A model generated the notes under the pieces. The model had not been told where the DNA came from and did no database searches. It was given only the letters and a program-made list of their open reading frames with translations. DNA of 64,000 nucleotides from Henriciella sp. (GTDB taxonomy: Bacteria > Pseudomonadota > Alphaproteobacteria > Caulobacterales > Hyphomonadaceae): positions 46,297-110,296 of the forward strand of contig JBHIYI010000008.1 in assembly GCA_041984335.1 (NCBI GenBank), in the 5' to 3' direction. The translations under genes and the position numbers were made by a program. The number at the start of each line of letters is the position of its first letter. Within the stretch, counting starts at the first letter, position 1. This document shows, piece after piece, positions 9,564-19,238 of the stretch.

Positions 9564-10781
9564 ATGAGCATTCTCTTTGGGATCGACCGGCTGCTGCAGG
9601 ACGACACACTTCGAGCCAAACTCGCTGGTCGGCGCGTCGGTCTTGTCGGACACCCGGCATCGGTCACTGCGTCGCTAGATCATTCACTCTACGCGCTGGC
9701 GGCGCTGGATGATGTCAACGTCACCTGCGCGCTCGGACCGCAGCATGGCATGCGCGGCGACAAGCAGGATAATATGATCGAGACAGATGACTATCGCGAT
9801 CCTGATCTCGGCATCCCGATCTTTTCGCTCTATGGCGAACACCGCCGCCCGACGGACCGCATGCTCGAGCCGGTGGATGTGATCCTGTATGATCTCCAGG
9901 ACCTGGGCTGCCGCGTCTACACTTATGTCACCACGCTGATCTATGTGATCGAGGAAGCCGCGCGGCTGGGTAAATCGGTCTGGGTGCTCGACCGTCCCAA
10001 TCCAGCTGGACGCCCGATTGACGGACTGACGCTGCGCCCTGGATGGGAAAGCTTTGTCGGCGTCGCCGAATTCCCGATGGTGCATGGCCTGACCATGGGC
10101 GAGCTCGGTGCCTGGTACATCGCCAGCAAGAAGATTGATGTCGACTATCATGTCGCCGAAATGCAGGACTATCGCCCGAATGAAGGCCCCGGTTATGGCT
10201 GGCCAGTGACCGAGCGCGCCTGGGTCAATCCGAGCCCGAATGCAGCCAGTCTCAACATGGCGCGCGCCTATGGCGGCACCGTAATGCTTGAAGGCACCAC
10301 GCTGTCAGAAGGGCGTGGAACCACGAGATCTCTAGAAGTGATGGGCGCACCTGATCTCAAGGCAAAAGACCTTATCGAGGAAATGTATCGCCTGGCGCCG
10401 GACTGGCTGGCAGGCTGCAAACTCCGCCCGGCCTGGTTTGAGCCGACCTTCCACAAGCATGCGGGTCAGCTGTGCGAAGGATTTCAAATCCATGCGGAAA
10501 TGGATTTCTACGATCCAAGCGTATTCAAGTCCTGGCGCGTCACGGCGCTGGCCTTCAAAGCCATTCGCGGCCTGTATCCGGATTATGATCTATGGCGCGG
10601 CCTGGACTTCAAGTATGAGTATACGGAAGGTCATCCCGCCATCGACATCATCAATGGATCGGATGAGCTGCGTCTTTGGGTTGATGATGCCGACGCCACG
10701 CCCGCCGACCTGGACGACAAGATCGAAGCCGATCTCACCGCCTGGCGCGCCGAAACCGAACCGCATCTCATCTATCGGTAG
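9564..10781 (+). CDS. DUF1343 / exo-beta-N-acetylmuramidase NamZ family protein
   Basis: GPQHG, FSLYG, DLQDLGCRVYTY, VLDRPNP, HGLTMGE, PSPN and SEGRGTTR. Confidence 0.88.
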   Translation: MSILFGIDRLLQDDTLRAKLAGRRVGLVGHPASVTASLDHSLYALAALDDVNVTCALGPQHGMRGDKQDNMIETDDYRDPDLGIPIFSLYGEHRRPTDRMLEPVDVILYDLQDLGCRVYTYVTTLIYVIEEAARLGKSVWVLDRPNPAGRPIDGLTLRPGWESFVGVAEFPMVHGLTMGELGAWYIASKKIDVDYHVAEMQDYRPNEGPGYGWPVTERAWVNPSPNAASLNMARAYGGTVMLEGTTLSEGRGTTRSLEVMGAPDLKAKDLIEEMYRLAPDWLAGCKLRPAWFEPTFHKHAGQLCEGFQIHAEMDFYDPSVFKSWRVTALAFKAIRGLYPDYDLWRGLDFKYEYTEGHPAIDIINGSDELRLWVDDADATPADLDDKIEADLTAWRAETEPHLIYR

Positions 10782-10872
10782 CACCCTTAAAAAAATTGGC
10801 TTTTCTGCCCCGCCGCGGTTCTAAGAGCGTCTGAGGCATGCTAACCGCCCCGCTTCACTAAGGACAAATGTG

Positions 10873-12126
10873 ATGAGCGACTACAGATCCGACTTCCTGC
10901 GCACGCTCGACGCGCGCGGCTACATCAAGCAGACGACCCACGTGGCCGAGCTTGATGCCTATTGCTCCACAGGTGTCCCTACAGCCTATATCGGCTTTGA
11001 CGCGACCGCTGACAGTCTTCATGTCGGGTCACTTGTCGGCATCATGATGCTGAGGCGTCTGCAGCAGGCTGGCGGCAAGCCCATCGTCCTGATGGGCGGT
11101 GGCACCACCAAAATCGGCGATCCGACCGATAAGGAAAAATCACGCCCGATCCTGACAGAAGACCAGATCGCCTCGAACATAGAAGGCATCAAGCGCGCAT
11201 TCGAGCCGTTCCTGACATTCGGAGACGGCCCGACCGATGCCGTCATGGTCAATAATGACGATTGGCTGAGCAAGATCGGATATATCGAATTCCTGCGCGA
11301 TATCGGCAAATACTTCACCATCAACACGATGGTGAAACAGGAAACGGTGGCCCGGCGCCTGACCAATGAGCAGCCTTATACCTTCCTGGAATTCAATTAC
11401 CTACTGCTACAGTCCTACGACTTTCTGGAACTGTCGCGTCGGCACAATTGCTTCCTGCAGATGGGCGGGTCGGACCAGTGGGGCAATATTGTTGGCGGCG
11501 CCGATCTGATCCACAAGGCTGATGGCAATCAGGGCTTCGGCCTGACCTCCCCGCTCATCACCACCGCGTCCGGTGGCAAGATGGGCAAGACCGCCGATGG
11601 CGCGGTCTGGCTGAATGCCGAGAAACGCAGCCCATATGAGTACTGGCAGTTCTGGCGCAACACTGAGGATGCTGATGTTGGACGTTTCCTGAAACTGTTC
11701 ACCGACCTGCCGCTGGACGAGATTGCCCGTCTCGACGCGCTGGAAGGCGCCGAGATCAACCAGGCCAAGATCGCGCTCGCCAATGCGGCGACGATCATGC
11801 TGCACGGCGAACAGGCCGCGCGAGAAGCTGAAGCCGCGGCGAGCAAAGCATTCACGGGCGGCGGGGTCTCAGCTGACCTCCCGACCTTCGACATCGCCAA
11901 AGCTGACTTCACCGATGGCCCGACGACAACGGCGCTGTTGCGTGCTGGCGAACTCGTCGCATCAAATGGCGAGGCCCGCCGCAAAATGGGTGAAGGTGCT
12001 GTCCGCGTGAATGACGAGAAAATCTCAGCCGATCAGACCCATGCCTGGGGCGACATGCTCGACGAAGTGGGCGCATTCAAAGTGCAAGTCGGCAAGAAGC
12101 GTATCGCGCTGGTGAGACCAGTTTAG
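10873..12126 (+). CDS. tyrS: Tyrosine--tRNA ligase
   Basis: YIGFDATADSLHVGS (HIGH-like), QMGGSDQWGNI, KMGKT (KMSKS-like) and C-terminal S4 domain. Confidence 0.98.
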   Translation: MSDYRSDFLRTLDARGYIKQTTHVAELDAYCSTGVPTAYIGFDATADSLHVGSLVGIMMLRRLQQAGGKPIVLMGGGTTKIGDPTDKEKSRPILTEDQIASNIEGIKRAFEPFLTFGDGPTDAVMVNNDDWLSKIGYIEFLRDIGKYFTINTMVKQETVARRLTNEQPYTFLEFNYLLLQSYDFLELSRRHNCFLQMGGSDQWGNIVGGADLIHKADGNQGFGLTSPLITTASGGKMGKTADGAVWLNAEKRSPYEYWQFWRNTEDADVGRFLKLFTDLPLDEIARLDALEGAEINQAKIALANAATIMLHGEQAAREAEAAASKAFTGGGVSADLPTFDIAKADFTDGPTTTALLRAGELVASNGEARRKMGEGAVRVNDEKISADQTHAWGDMLDEVGAFKVQVGKKRIALVRPV

Positions 12127-12128
12127 GT

Positions 12129-15100
12129 CTATCCACCGCCTCCCGGTGTTGGGGATAGAATTTCCTCATCCGGCAGTTCTGGCAGCTTCTCGGTCGGTGG
12201 CTTCAGATTTGGATCGACGGGGAGCGCCTCAGGGATTGTCGTATCGGACGGGTTCTCGAAGATCCGGCGCAGGATGCCTGGCGTCACGGCTGAAAGCGGG
12301 TTCACGGCGACTTGCGCTTTCTCAAGCGAGCCGCTGACGGAATAAGTGATCGAGAAAATCCCTTCGCCCTGCCGGCCAACGATCAGGTCGCCAATGATCG
12401 GCACGCCGCCAAGAACGGAGTTTACGCCAAAGCTTGGCACCAGCACGCCATCGAGGTTGATACCCTTGCCATCCATCCCGATCCAGCCATTCACGGTCAG
12501 GCCAAGCGCCGGGCCGCTGGCGCGCCCACCTTCGATCACATAGCGCCCACCGCCAATCGTGACCGGGGCTTCGATGCGGGAGAACAGCACGCCTTCGCCC
12601 GACAGGGTGTCGGTTAACCCGCGCAAGGATGCGAGGGACAGGATCTGCGTAAAGAAGGGCGCATTGATCAGACGCGTATCTTCGATTGTGGCGCGCAGGC
12701 GTGCGGGCGTATCTTCGGTCGCCAGAGACCCGCGCAGATCGAGAATGCCGCCCTCCATGAAATCGACCCCAAAAAAGGCGCTGGCCAGATATCCGGCATC
12801 GCTGGTTTTCAATTCCAATGCGAGTGGCTTCCCCTGTCCTTCATTGTCGAGATTTGCGATGAAGGTGGCGCCAGCCAGCGTATTGCCGCTCGCGCGCAGT
12901 CCCTGGAACCCGCCAGAGCGTGTCAGCTGAAACGAGAGCGCTGATCCGATCAGGTCGAGATCCCGTCGCAGACGAAGTCGTTCCACTGTCGCCGCGAATG
13001 ATAAATCGATGCCCTCGGCGCCGTCACCAACCCCGCCCATCGCGCCGAGCTCGCGCAGAAAGCCTGAAATATCGAGATAGTCGCCATTCAGCTCGATGTT
13101 AAAGCCGCCTGCGTCCGTGCGCGCGATCTGGCCCGCCACATCAATCGTGTCTTCAATATAGAGCTGTCTCAGGTCCAGTGATTGCAACCGGCCATCGGTC
13201 GCCAGTCTGAGGTCGCCATCGAGCGAGGCCGACGCGCTGGAGACGCGCAGCGCCGCTGCCTGCTCACGCAGGTCTCCGGTATAGTTCAAAGTCGCACGCG
13301 CCGTTTCACCCGTCGGCTTGACCCAGTCGATTTCTGACACGTCGATCCGCGCTTCACTGAGGTCGAAGGCAAACGTGCCCGTCTGAAGTCCGTTGGCGCC
13401 GACTTTGCCTTGCATCTCGACCGGGATTTCGCCGGTCAGGAAGGCGCGTCCGACCAGCCCGAACACGTTCAGGACGTCTGATGTGATCACGGCCGTCGCA
13501 GAAAGGTCTGCTGGCGCACCTTCATCATCAAAGGCATCGCGCCAGGTGAACTGGATCGGCGACGAGCCAAGATTGCCAAAACCGGTCAGGATCATGCGGT
13601 CGAGCGTGACATCCACATTCACATTGCCCTCGGCAATATCAAACGGCCCTGCCGCGCCGGTCAGTCCGGCATTTCGGATCTGTCCTTTGACTTCGAGGAG
13701 ATGATCTTCGAGCGGCACATTGCTGAGCGCCGGGCGTGTCAGCGTCAGCGATGCGGTGGCGTCGCCGCTCACCCGCTCAGGATCGAAACCGGTTTCCTCC
13801 TGCAGGCGCAACCGCGAATTCGACAGATGGCGCAGTACCGAAACAGCGGGTCCTGAACCGTAAGCTGTAACAACAAAATTCTCGCCGCGCGGATTGAAAG
13901 CCGGAAAGTCGACGCCGCCGGACTGGATGACCCAGTCATCATAGGTCGCACTGATCACGGTGATATCGAGACTATTGCCCCCAACCCGTCCTGTGCCGAC
14001 GACGTTTTCGACCGGCGGCATATCACTAAGGAAGCGCAGGCTGCCATCCTCAAACGCAAACGTGACGGCAAGATCTTCTTCGCGAAGATAACCCTCTGCC
14101 ATGCTGTCCGGTTTGATGCTGACCACGGCGGTGGCCTCAGTTGCGTTGCCGCTCAGCAATTGGTCCGAGACATAATTCCGCGCGCCGCGGCCAAGGTTCA
14201 CTGGCCAGTAGGCGAGAATGGTGTCCTTGCTGATATCGCCGACGAGTTCGGCGGCAACATCAAGCGTGAACGGCAATTCTCCGTCTTCGTGCTCGACATT
14301 CCAGTCCAGCTCACCAGTGGCCTGCAAACGCGCGGCATCAATGTCTGCGCCGAGCGACTGAACGGCAATGATCGTGAAATCATCCGACAGGTCAGCCTCT
14401 AGCTCCAGATTGCGAATCTCGGACGGCGCTTCGAAAAGGCTCGTCATGTCCAGCGTCATCTCTTCTGACCGGAGCGCAACGCGGCGCAGCGCGTTTGTGG
14501 CGAGGACATTTGAGAGCTCGCCTTCGAAGCGCCCACTCAGCCGCGCCGAGGCCAGCTGGAGAAAATCGATCCGGACCTGATCCTGGTTCGGAAGATAGAC
14601 AACGGATGTGGTGATATCCGTCACCTCGCCAGCCCAATCTCCGAGACTGAGCGAGCCGCCGTCGCGAGACGCGACAATGCCGACCTGCTGCAATCCATCT
14701 GCACGCAGGAGTTCCGCATTGAATGAGGTACCGAGGCGAAGATCGCTGTCATCCAACCCCTCTACCCCGAGACGGCCCGCCAGGTCTGCGATCGGCAGAA
14801 CCCCGACATCGAGAACCGCCTTGAGCGATTGATAGCCGCCATATGAGTCGAGCGAGATTCCGAAGATTTGCGGCAGCCCCATGCCCTGCCCGTCCCCGGC
14901 GAACTGGATGCTGACATCATTCTCCAGCTTCTGGAACTGACCGGACGCGGCTTTGATCGATCCGATAGCGCTGCCATCTTCACAGATCACCTGCAGGTCA
15001 AAATTATTGAATTCAAGCCCTTCAAATTCGAGCGACTGATTGAATGTTTCCAGGCCGACAAGCACATCGGTCAGCACGCTGTTAATGCGGTCGAGCCAGT

Positions 15101-15563
15101 CCTGCGGGGTTTGAGGCAGCACGCCGGCCCTAATCTCCGGCATCGGATCTCCTGCTACGGTCCAGCGGTTCGGCGCAACATTCTCAACCTCGATCCATCC
15201 TTGCTGCAGGTCTGCTTCGAGCACTTCGACATTTCCGAGCAGGATGGCGCCCGCGTCGAGCGTGAGTTCGGCCTTTTGCGCAAATCCGGCTTCATCGCCA
15301 GCCGCGTCTTTCAGAGAGAGATTATCGGCGACAACGAACATGCGACGCTCGGACGGCGACCATTGCAGGGTCAGGCGCTCGACGGTAACGGCGCGGCCAT
15401 CGCGCGCATTGGTCAGGGCGCGTTCAACATCGTCGCGAAAAATGCCAAGTTCGACCGGTCCGCTGGCCAGCATGAAGGCCAGAATCCCGATCGCCGCCAT
15501 CAAAACCAGCGAGATGACTCCGAAAACTTCTAAAATAATGACTTTTGTGGTCTGGCGAACCAA
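12129..15563 (-). CDS. AsmA-like / YhdP (DUF3971) family large periplasmic protein
   Basis: 1144 aa with an N-terminal TM anchor and C-terminal GVLVP...GGVPIIG.LIVG..GEGIF..TYSVSG....VNPLS...PG.LR.IF. Lies between tyrS and bcp. Confidence 0.85.
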   Translation of the reverse strand: MVRQTTKVIILEVFGVISLVLMAAIGILAFMLASGPVELGIFRDDVERALTNARDGRAVTVERLTLQWSPSERRMFVVADNLSLKDAAGDEAGFAQKAELTLDAGAILLGNVEVLEADLQQGWIEVENVAPNRWTVAGDPMPEIRAGVLPQTPQDWLDRINSVLTDVLVGLETFNQSLEFEGLEFNNFDLQVICEDGSAIGSIKAASGQFQKLENDVSIQFAGDGQGMGLPQIFGISLDSYGGYQSLKAVLDVGVLPIADLAGRLGVEGLDDSDLRLGTSFNAELLRADGLQQVGIVASRDGGSLSLGDWAGEVTDITTSVVYLPNQDQVRIDFLQLASARLSGRFEGELSNVLATNALRRVALRSEEMTLDMTSLFEAPSEIRNLELEADLSDDFTIIAVQSLGADIDAARLQATGELDWNVEHEDGELPFTLDVAAELVGDISKDTILAYWPVNLGRGARNYVSDQLLSGNATEATAVVSIKPDSMAEGYLREEDLAVTFAFEDGSLRFLSDMPPVENVVGTGRVGGNSLDITVISATYDDWVIQSGGVDFPAFNPRGENFVVTAYGSGPAVSVLRHLSNSRLRLQEETGFDPERVSGDATASLTLTRPALSNVPLEDHLLEVKGQIRNAGLTGAAGPFDIAEGNVNVDVTLDRMILTGFGNLGSSPIQFTWRDAFDDEGAPADLSATAVITSDVLNVFGLVGRAFLTGEIPVEMQGKVGANGLQTGTFAFDLSEARIDVSEIDWVKPTGETARATLNYTGDLREQAAALRVSSASASLDGDLRLATDGRLQSLDLRQLYIEDTIDVAGQIARTDAGGFNIELNGDYLDISGFLRELGAMGGVGDGAEGIDLSFAATVERLRLRRDLDLIGSALSFQLTRSGGFQGLRASGNTLAGATFIANLDNEGQGKPLALELKTSDAGYLASAFFGVDFMEGGILDLRGSLATEDTPARLRATIEDTRLINAPFFTQILSLASLRGLTDTLSGEGVLFSRIEAPVTIGGGRYVIEGGRASGPALGLTVNGWIGMDGKGINLDGVLVPSFGVNSVLGGVPIIGDLIVGRQGEGIFSITYSVSGSLEKAQVAVNPLSAVTPGILRRIFENPSDTTIPEALPVDPNLKPPTEKLPELPDEEILSPTPGGGG

Positions 15564-15644
15564 GTCAAATACTCCAAGTAATCAACACACTGCCTCACAG
15601 CGCTTCCACTGGGACAGCCTCCCACCAAACATGAAAGACATGCC

Positions 15645-16124
15645 ATGACAAACCGACCAGAAAAAGGCGATAAAGCACCAAATGTGACCATCCCCGTTTC
15701 CGATGAAGAAACGGTCAATTTGAGCAAACCCGCCAGCGCGGCTCATGTGGTCTATTTCTATCCACGCGACAACACGCCGGGCTGCACCACCGAATCAATC
15801 GACTTTTCGTCGCTGAAGCCTAAATTTGAGGCACTCGGCGCGCAAATAATCGGCGTGTCAAAAGACAGCCTGAAGAGTCACGCCAAATTCGCTACCAAGA
15901 AGGAGCTGACAGTCACGCTCGCAAGTGATGAAACGACGGACGCCTGCGAACAATTCGGTGTCTGGGTCGAGAAAAACATGTATGGAAAGAAGTACATGGG
16001 CATCGAGCGTTCAACCTTCATCATCCTCGCCGATGGCACGATCGCGGACGTCTGGCGCAAGGTAAAAGTGAAGGGCCATGCCCAATCGGTTCTTGAGGCG
16101 TTGGAAACAATTTTGAACGCCTGA
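15645..16124 (+). CDS. bcp: Peroxiredoxin Bcp/PrxQ
   Basis: YFYPRDNTPGCTTE, KNMYGKKYMGIERSTF and VWRKVKVKGHA. Confidence 0.95.
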   Translation: MTNRPEKGDKAPNVTIPVSDEETVNLSKPASAAHVVYFYPRDNTPGCTTESIDFSSLKPKFEALGAQIIGVSKDSLKSHAKFATKKELTVTLASDETTDACEQFGVWVEKNMYGKKYMGIERSTFIILADGTIADVWRKVKVKGHAQSVLEALETILNA

Positions 16125-16143
16125 TTCGTCAAATAAAAATACT

Positions 16144-16159
16144 TTAAGGCGAATTTTAC
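16144..16159. promoter_or_regulatory. Putative CtrA box 1 upstream of the M23 peptidase-bactofilin operon
   Basis: TTAA-GGCGAAT-TTTAC, one mismatch to TTAA-N7-TTAAC. Confidence 0.4.
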
Positions 16160-16269
16160 GGAAACAGGCCATTTTGGAGCCGGAAAACCGCAAAAGGGGG
16201 CTTTTCGTCCGGATCACAATGAGGTTACTGTGGGTCATCACCAATCAAGACGTCATACAGCCTGCAGCC

Positions 16270-16285
16270 TTAACGGCGTCTTACC
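16270..16285. promoter_or_regulatory. Putative CtrA box 2 upstream of the M23 peptidase-bactofilin operon
   Basis: TTAA-CGGCGTC-TTACC, one mismatch to TTAA-N7-TTAAC. Confidence 0.5.
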
Positions 16286-16303
16286 TGCGGATAGGTGCGT
16301 AGA

Positions 16304-17515
16304 ATGAAATCGACTGCAAAGATCTCTGACTTTGTACGCCGGGCATTTCCGGAGCGGCAAATTTACCACCGTAGTGGTGGGACTGTCCGCTACTTCACTG
16401 TTTCTCCTCTACAGCAGATTCTTCTGACCTGTGCAGCGGCTGCTCTTGTTGGGTGGTCGCTTTTCGCATCGGCTGCGGTCGTGTTCGGACAGAAGACGGT
16501 TGCTGTCGGCTCAGCTGCCAGCGAGGTCAACCGGCTGGAACGCTGGGTCCAGGATCTTCGCGCCAAGGAAGCGCTGTCCACTTCGCAACTCGAACAGCGC
16601 ACCGAGGCGTTCCAGGACGCAACGCTGGAATTCCAGCGCCGGCACGAAACCCTGGCGACAATGCTCGAAGCGATGAAAACCGGCGGAGAATTGGAGGTTT
16701 CGGCGCTAAGGGGAAACTCGGCGTCCCTCCTGGTGACGGCCTCGATCGATGAGGCAGACGCTCGGCAATCGCAACGGTTTGCCGCCACCGAAAGCCGCCT
16801 GCCGCAAGTTGGCCTGCGCGGCGATGTCAGCAAGATCCGTTCGGAGCAGGACCAGTTCCTCGACGAAATCGAAGAGATGGCCGTCGAGAAAGCTGAAGCA
16901 GCGCGCGGTATTTTGCGCCTGACGGCTGTCGGCGCTGGCCGCATTACAAGCGGCGAGAATATGGGCGGACCGGAAGTCAGCTTTGCCAGCCTCCTCTCTG
17001 GACAGTTCGCGACACCGGAAGAAGAACATTTTGCCGTGCGGGTGGCTCAGGTTGCCGCGCGTATGGAAGAAGCCCGTTATTTTGAAACCCTGGTCGATCG
17101 CCTGCCTCTGGCGACACCGATTGGCATCCCATCGCGGGTCACCTCGCCGTTCGGAATGCGCATCGATCCGTTCCGCAAACGCCCGAGCTGGCATGGCGGA
17201 ATTGACATGGGCGCCGGCTGGAATGCCCCCATCGTGGCGGCCGGTCCAGGAAAAGTTATTTATGCCGGAACGAAATCAGGGTATGGTAGGGTCGTCGATG
17301 TAGATCATGGCGGCGGTTTCGTATCTCGATATGCGCACCTTCGACGGATTGTGGCCAAGAAAGGCCAGGACGTCGAAATCGGCGACAAGCTCGGCACCAT
17401 GGGTTCGACCGGGCGCAGCACGGGTCCCCACCTTCATTACGAAGTGCTGTTCCATGGAAAGCAGTATAATCCAGTAGAGTTCATTAAGGCAGGAAAACAT
17501 GTTTACGAAGACTAA
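16304..17515 (+). CDS. lmdC: M23 endopeptidase with N-terminal DUF5930-like region, TM helix and coiled coil (LmdC-like)
   Basis: FPERQIYHRS N-terminus, TM segment, coiled coil, and Zn motifs HGGID and STGPHLHYEV. Overlaps the bactofilin gene by 17 nt. Confidence 0.85.
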   Translation: MKSTAKISDFVRRAFPERQIYHRSGGTVRYFTVSPLQQILLTCAAAALVGWSLFASAAVVFGQKTVAVGSAASEVNRLERWVQDLRAKEALSTSQLEQRTEAFQDATLEFQRRHETLATMLEAMKTGGELEVSALRGNSASLLVTASIDEADARQSQRFAATESRLPQVGLRGDVSKIRSEQDQFLDEIEEMAVEKAEAARGILRLTAVGAGRITSGENMGGPEVSFASLLSGQFATPEEEHFAVRVAQVAARMEEARYFETLVDRLPLATPIGIPSRVTSPFGMRIDPFRKRPSWHGGIDMGAGWNAPIVAAGPGKVIYAGTKSGYGRVVDVDHGGGFVSRYAHLRRIVAKKGQDVEIGDKLGTMGSTGRSTGPHLHYEVLFHGKQYNPVEFIKAGKHVYED

Positions 17516-18014
17516 GGGCGACACTCCACCAGGCTTCACCCCGGCACAGGACGCGGTTCGCAGCGCTTCAACCAAGCCCGCAGCACGCGTTGGCGCATCC
17601 ATCATTTGCTCCGACGTCGAAATCAAAGGCTCCATCAAGTCCGATGGCGCTCTTCAGATCGATGGTCAGGTCGAAGGCGATGTGACCTCGGGCGATGTCA
17701 CCGTCGGGTCCACCGGCCGCATCGTTGGCGAGATCAAGGCGGAGACTTTGCGCGTCAAAGGCAAGATCGTCGGCTCCATTCGCGCCCGCAAGGTCGAGCT
17801 GGAAACCGGTGCGTCGGTCGAAGGCGATATTTTCCACGCCGCGCTGATCATTCAGCCGGATGCCAGCTTCGAAGGCCAGGTCAAACGCGAAGAGAACCCG
17901 CTCAAGGAAACGGCGCCAAAGCCTGCCGCACAGGCGCCGCAAACCAACGGGTCCGGTCTCGGCAATGCGACGACCAGCATTCCGACACCAAACGGCACCG
18001 CCGGTAACGCTTAA
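17499..18014 (+). CDS. bacA: Bactofilin (polymer-forming cytoskeletal protein)
   Basis: SIICSDVEIKGSI...LQIDGQVEGDV...V.GDI....LII...A.FEG beta-helix. N-terminus MFTK resembles the bactofilin membrane-targeting peptide. Confidence 0.93.
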   Translation: MFTKTKGDTPPGFTPAQDAVRSASTKPAARVGASIICSDVEIKGSIKSDGALQIDGQVEGDVTSGDVTVGSTGRIVGEIKAETLRVKGKIVGSIRARKVELETGASVEGDIFHAALIIQPDASFEGQVKREENPLKETAPKPAAQAPQTNGSGLGNATTSIPTPNGTAGNA

Positions 18015-18035
18015 AATAAGCAAGCAGGACAATAC

Positions 18036-18067
18036 AAAGAAGCCGGGCCCCAGGGTCCGGCTTTTTC
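18036..18067. terminator. Bidirectional intrinsic terminator between bacA and prfB
   Basis: AAGCCGG-N10-CCGGCTT stem followed by a T tract and preceded by an A-rich run. Confidence 0.7.
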
Positions 18068-18070
18068 GTA

Positions 18071-19184
18071 TCAGGCGTCTTCAGTCTCGCTATCACCAAG
18101 CGCGTGGGACAGCGCCGCCGACAGGAATGGCGTCAGATCGCCGTCCAGCACACCGCTCGTATCGGACGTCTCATGATTGGTGCGCAGGTCCTTGACCAGC
18201 TGATAGGGCTGCAGGACGTAGGACCGGATCTGGTGGCCCCACCCGATCTCGGTTTTCGAGTCATGGCTGTCCTGCGCCGCTTGCTGTCGCTTTTGCAGTT
18301 CGACTTCGTAGAGTCGCGAGCGCAGCATTTCCCAGGCCGTCGCGCGGTTCTGGTGCTGTGAGCGCCCGGATTGGCAAGCCACCGCGATCCCGGTTGGTTC
18401 GTGCGTCAAACGCACGGCCGAGTCCGTCTTGTTCACGTGCTGCCCACCTTTGCCGGACGCACGATACGTATCGGTGCGTACATCCGACGGGTTGATCTCG
18501 ACTTCAATGGAATCGTCGATCACCGGAGACACTGCGACTGACGCAAAACTCGTGTGACGACGCGCCGAGCTGTCAAACGGCGATATCCGCACCAGGCGGT
18601 GAACACCCTGTTCTGATTTCAACCAGCCATAGGCATTCTCACCTTTGATCAACAATGTGGCGGACTTGATGCCCGCTTCATCACCTTCATGACTTTCAAT
18701 TTCCTCGACCTTGTATCCAGACTGCTCGGCCCAGCGCACATACATGCGCCGGATCATTGAGGCCCAGTCCTGGCTCTCGGTGCCGCCGGCACCGGAATTG
18801 ATATTCATATAGCAATCATTGCCGTCGGCTTCACCGGAGAGCAGCGCCTCGAGCTCGGCTTTCTCGGCTTTTTCCGCGGCGCGGCGCAGGGAAGCGGCAA
18901 CATCGGCGAGCATGGCCTCATCACCGTCCGCGAGCTCCAGAAGCTCGAGACCATCTGACGCTTCCTGCTCCAGCTCCTCGACGGTGTTCATGCCCGTTTC
19001 GAGCTTCTGGCGCTCGGCCATCAGCTTGCGCGCCTCTTCCGGATCATCCCAGAAGTCAGGCCGCTCGGATAGCGCGTTTAATTCGTCGAGGCGTTTGCTG
19101 GCGACATCCCAGTCAAAGACGCCTCCTCAGCAGTTCAGATGACTGCTTGATTTGTTCGGCAAGGGCGAGAATTTCTGCTGACAT
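18071..19184 (-). CDS. prfB: Peptide chain release factor 2 with programmed +1 frameshift: join(19184..19116,19114..18071), 370 aa
   Basis: ATG 19184 ([23 protein letters not shown]), then CTT TGA C with internal SD AGGAGG just upstream, continuing [15 protein letters not shown] and GGQ motifs present. Confidence 0.97.
19112..19127 (-). promoter_or_regulatory. RF2 +1 frameshift cassette
   Basis: Minus strand AGGAGG-CGT-CTTTGAC. Confidence 0.95.
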
Positions 19185-19238
19185 TCTGGTTCCTGAAACT
19201 CAAGTGATCGCTGGAAATGGAGGCGTTTCACGTTCAGG

